This document shows positions 21,969 to 25,377 of a stretch of DNA of 25,377 nt, piece after piece. Source of the DNA: a virus. Its lineage: Duplodnaviria > Caudoviricetes. The notes under the pieces are model-generated. The model ran no database searches and was not told the origin of the DNA. It was given only the letters and a program-made list of their open reading frames with translations. Position numbers and translations under genes: made by a program. The stretch spans positions 1 through 25,377 of IMG/VR virus record IMGVR_UViG_3300007735_000528; one strand, given 5' to 3'. Position 1 is the stretch's first letter; every line of letters begins with the position of its first letter.

Positions 21969-24900
21969 AGCAGCATCTTTGGCTCCGCCCTCACTATATT
22001 CCTAAAGAGTTGTTGCATTGTATTAAATTGGAATGTCTGAAACAAACCAACTGCTTGACCAACAGGACCTTGGAATATAAGTGGGCGCTGAGAAGCCAGA
22101 GTATTACCCTGAGTACGATTAACAAAAGTAGAGATGTAAGAAGTCCTAGCATCTTCTGTCATCATGCCAGCTTTGATTTGAATCTCAGCCATTTGATTTG
22201 CAACATCAGCGGACACAAATCGGTTATACTCTTCTGCCAACTTATTACCAGTCCATGTCTCACCTTTTTCTGTGAGTCCTTTCGCAATTCTCATAGCTTG
22301 TGCAAGCTTATTATTAAGCAGTGCAGGATTCTCAGTACCTTGCAGTGCCAGTGCATCTAGCATTTGTTTATGCTGGTCAGAGATTGTGGAACTCCAACCA
22401 TTGGCTCGGTAATAGGCTCTCAACTCTGCAAACTCAGGATCACCTCTGAGCGCCTTCCAATAATTAATATTAGCTTTTGCAATCAGTTTAGAGGGAGAAA
22501 GTATGGTATCTTGAGTTCCAGGCACAATTATACCTGCCTGGTCCAATCCTCTCAGAATACTCTTAACCTGTGAGTTAGCCTCTGCTCCGAGTAGTACCTG
22601 AGCACCCAATGCATTATTCAAAGCATTAAGAGGGTCTAGTCTCAGGAATGTATTTGAGAGAATTGCATTAGCACCTCGGATAAAGTTACTTAGATACGGT
22701 TTAGGTGCAGAATGATTTGCCAGCACAATATCAGCAGCACTCTTATAAGGCGAAGATATACCTGCGGCTTCGAGAGCTGCATTTACTTTTTGTAAATCGT
22801 TAACTTCTTCAGCCTGCTTCCATACATTAACAACACGTTGTACCACATTATCCACAGCACTTTCAAGATTCCTATTAAAAGCAGATAGAAGAGGATACTC
22901 AGATAATCTAGAAATGTTGAGAGCCGTCTTACGATAGTCGTTATAAGGATTCTGAGTTGTACCCTCAATAGACTTAGCAGTAACGCCATAACGAGACGAC
23001 GCGACATTGGTGTATTGCTCCCCTAAAGTTTGAAGTTGATCGAACTCATTACCAAATTTAGCACTAACTGCCTCCCGCGTAAGTACATCATCGGCGCGCC
23101 TCTCCAAACCTAACCAGCCATCTACGATAGCATTAGGGTCAGTCTTTGGAAAGAATTGGTTATTTACACCAGCACTCTTAAGAGATGCATCCATGTAATT
23201 ATCATGCAAGGTGCGATCGAAAGAGTAATCTTGTTGAGCACGATAGAAATCTTCAGCATCTTTTTTCGTATATACTGAGAATCCGGTGCGCTCTCTCGCA
23301 AGCTTAATCATTGCATCTAATTCTTCCTGAGATGCTGCATGAATCATAGATGTGTGACCTACACCTGCACCAGTTACAGTCTCATCTTTTACGAATGCGA
23401 AGTAAGGATAATCTCTTGGCTGAGGTTTGATAGGATAATAAGTTGCCTCATCTTTTGCATCCTCAAGTCCCTGGGCTGCACGTAGATTTCTCTGATGCAC
23501 AACACGAGAACCATTACTAGATATGCGAGCTTCAATCGCCTCGCCTACCAGAGGTGAAGAGAATGGAATAGTGTCAGGTGCGCCGTTTTGCAGAATTGGA
23601 GCCTCAACTCCTTTCTCTCCAGCTTGCACTCTCTTAGTATACTCAACTAGCTTTTTCGCAATCAGTCCATCACCTGCCTCATTGAGTATGTATTTCTCAG
23701 TTGTGGAAGATACTAGATTATTAATCTTGTCAAATTCGATTGCAGCTTTCTGATCCGTACGAAGGCGGAGCGCCACCGAATCAAGTAAGTCAGAAGTATT
23801 CTTTGCGAGTCTTTGCTGCAAGCGTGCTGTTACTGCACCAACATTCTCAGACCAAGAAGCTAAAGTACCTGCAGTACCATTTGCGAATGTAACAAGACCT
23901 GCACCAGCACCGAAACGATCAGAGTGCAAAATTGCCTTATCACCTGGATGATATAGCTGTGATGCAAGTTCATCACCGAATATACCTGTGACAGCCCTAT
24001 CAATCGCAGCTTGTGCAACCTTCTGAACTTGCTTAACATTGACCAAAGCAGATGCAAGATTCCCGGAAGCATCCATCATACCAGCAGTGTCATAAGCAAC
24101 AGCAGCGTGTTTAGGTATGAAAGATAGATCAGACTCACCTCGAGTGATTCCTTTAGCTTGCCTCATTTCATCATATGCAGCTTGCGCATCTTGACGAGCA
24201 AACATAGATGCACCAGCATCATTCTCAATTAACTTAGGAGATACATTTGCAATTCGCGCAATGTCATCGGATGTAATAGTTTTAACGCCTGTCTTTACAT
24301 CCTGTGCGGCCTCCCCTGAAGATTTAAATCCCCATGCTTTATTCTTTGCATCGCCAAGTTCATTGGCAACCTCTAATTTAGCTATCTTAAGTTCATTAGC
24401 TAGGTCAACTGGTCCTACAGTATATTCATGCACTCCGTCTGTAATATTAACTGATATATTATTTCTTCTGGCACCTTCTAGAAGAGGAATATCATGTTTG
24501 TATACAGTCATGCCATCTTCATATTTGGCAATCTTCTCTGCCCAGATATATCTAGCTTCGACCTCATCCATGCCAGAAGCTGTAATTGGATTCCACACGA
24601 CACCAGATTTCCTCCAACCTGGGATATAGGAATTTACAGTGTCAAGAATAGCAGCGCGGCCTCCAGGTACTTTATCTGCGAGTGTGAGTTGTGATTCTGG
24701 AATTGGGTCAAATGTAACCTTACCCATATCGGAGCCATACAATTTCACGTGACCTACGGTATAACCTTCATTGGCCTCACCCATAGTTGCAGGCCTACGG
24801 ATCAGTTTTGCGCCTTGAATTGATCTTGCAAGAGTCTCATTATCTCCACCTAAAAATGCATCTGCAATAACATTACCCAGATCAGAATCAGACTTACCTA

Positions 24901-25377
24901 CAAGCGCATTGATATTAGACCTGATTTCATTATTAAGTGCAGTTACACGCTGAGACCGTAATGCTTCAGAGATAGAATCAGTTGATGCAGCAGTTGCCTC
25001 CAAATCGCTTGCAGCGACAATGATCTTATTAGCAGGGTCAGAAAGTGCAAATTGAGACGACCGGAGTGTGTGAATTTTCTGAACTAAATCGGCCTCTTTA
25101 ATAGTTCCCTTAATAACTCCATATGTGGTTGCAGCATTGATTGCACCTCCGATAACTCCACCAGTGGCGCCACCCAAAAGAATATTAGATGCAATATCTT
25201 TAAAGTCTTGTCCTTCCAGAACTGGAGACTTAAACATAGTGGCCTGAACCATGGATTCAAATGCAGCAGATTCCCAGGCAGCTTGTGCAAATCCAGAGCC
25301 AATAGCTTTCAGAACTCCAGCATCCATTAGTTTAAATGTCTGCTGACCTTGTGCTAATGCTTCACCTGCAACCTGTG
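21965..25377 (-). CDS. Very large internal virion (DNA ejection) protein, 5' end outside window
   Basis: More than 1120 aa, Ala/Gly-rich and helical; frame stays open upstream of 25327 to the window edge; last gene of the late block; FQTFQFN-type motif. Confidence 0.75.
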   Translation of the reverse strand, partial: QVAGEALAQGQQTFKLMDAGVLKAIGSGFAQAAWESAAFESMVQATMFKSPVLEGQDFKDIASNILLGGATGGVIGGAINAATTYGVIKGTIKEADLVQKIHTLRSSQFALSDPANKIIVAASDLEATAASTDSISEALRSQRVTALNNEIRSNINALVGKSDSDLGNVIADAFLGGDNETLARSIQGAKLIRRPATMGEANEGYTVGHVKLYGSDMGKVTFDPIPESQLTLADKVPGGRAAILDTVNSYIPGWRKSGVVWNPITASGMDEVEARYIWAEKIAKYEDGMTVYKHDIPLLEGARRNNISVNITDGVHEYTVGPVDLANELKIAKLEVANELGDAKNKAWGFKSSGEAAQDVKTGVKTITSDDIARIANVSPKLIENDAGASMFARQDAQAAYDEMRQAKGITRGESDLSFIPKHAAVAYDTAGMMDASGNLASALVNVKQVQKVAQAAIDRAVTGIFGDELASQLYHPGDKAILHSDRFGAGAGLVTFANGTAGTLASWSENVGAVTARLQQRLAKNTSDLLDSVALRLRTDQKAAIEFDKINNLVSSTTEKYILNEAGDGLIAKKLVEYTKRVQAGEKGVEAPILQNGAPDTIPFSSPLVGEAIEARISSNGSRVVHQRNLRAAQGLEDAKDEATYYPIKPQPRDYPYFAFVKDETVTGAGVGHTSMIHAASQEELDAMIKLARERTGFSVYTKKDAEDFYRAQQDYSFDRTLHDNYMDASLKSAGVNNQFFPKTDPNAIVDGWLGLERRADDVLTREAVSAKFGNEFDQLQTLGEQYTNVASSRYGVTAKSIEGTTQNPYNDYRKTALNISRLSEYPLLSAFNRNLESAVDNVVQRVVNVWKQAEEVNDLQKVNAALEAAGISSPYKSAADIVLANHSAPKPYLSNFIRGANAILSNTFLRLDPLNALNNALGAQVLLGAEANSQVKSILRGLDQAGIIVPGTQDTILSPSKLIAKANINYWKALRGDPEFAELRAYYRANGWSSTISDQHKQMLDALALQGTENPALLNNKLAQAMRIAKGLTEKGETWTGNKLAEEYNRFVSADVANQMAEIQIKAGMMTEDARTSYISTFVNRTQGNTLASQRPLIFQGPVGQAVGLFQTFQFNTMQQLFRNIVRAEPKMLL

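Noticed and set aside
22848-22856. Perfect DnaA box TTATCCACA
   Set aside because: Single copy within coding sequence; likely chance.
1-25377. Alternative genetic code or stop-codon reassignment
   Set aside because: Long genes are intact in the standard code, and TAA, TAG and TGA all end tightly packed genes.

Overview
About 25 kb of an AT-rich, podovirus-like dsDNA phage genome. The host is probably a beta/gamma-proteobacterium (inferred from regulatory motifs). Left, minus strand: terminase small and large subunits; TerL runs off the window. Next is a ~690-bp non-coding region densely packed with motifs resembling host regulator sites (Fur, three SlmA, four IclR-like palindromes, NtrC, LexA, IHF, sigma-54), then small early genes including an RNAP alpha-CTD-like protein and a lipoprotein. 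An origin-like locus with inverted TGCCA repeat arrays lies at ~4050-4420, where GC skew flips. The plus-strand replication/recombination module has a RecD-like helicase, Cas4-like exonuclease, Sak4-like ATPase, SSB-like protein, family A polymerase (UDG-like N-terminus, His at position 762), DUF3987-type ATPase, MazG and a DEDDh exonuclease; no primase is recognisable. A GC-richer cassette island follows. After a bidirectional terminator is the 3' part of a very large minus-strand virion protein gene split by an apparent 1-nt frameshift. All calls come from reading the sequence by eye; no searches were run.
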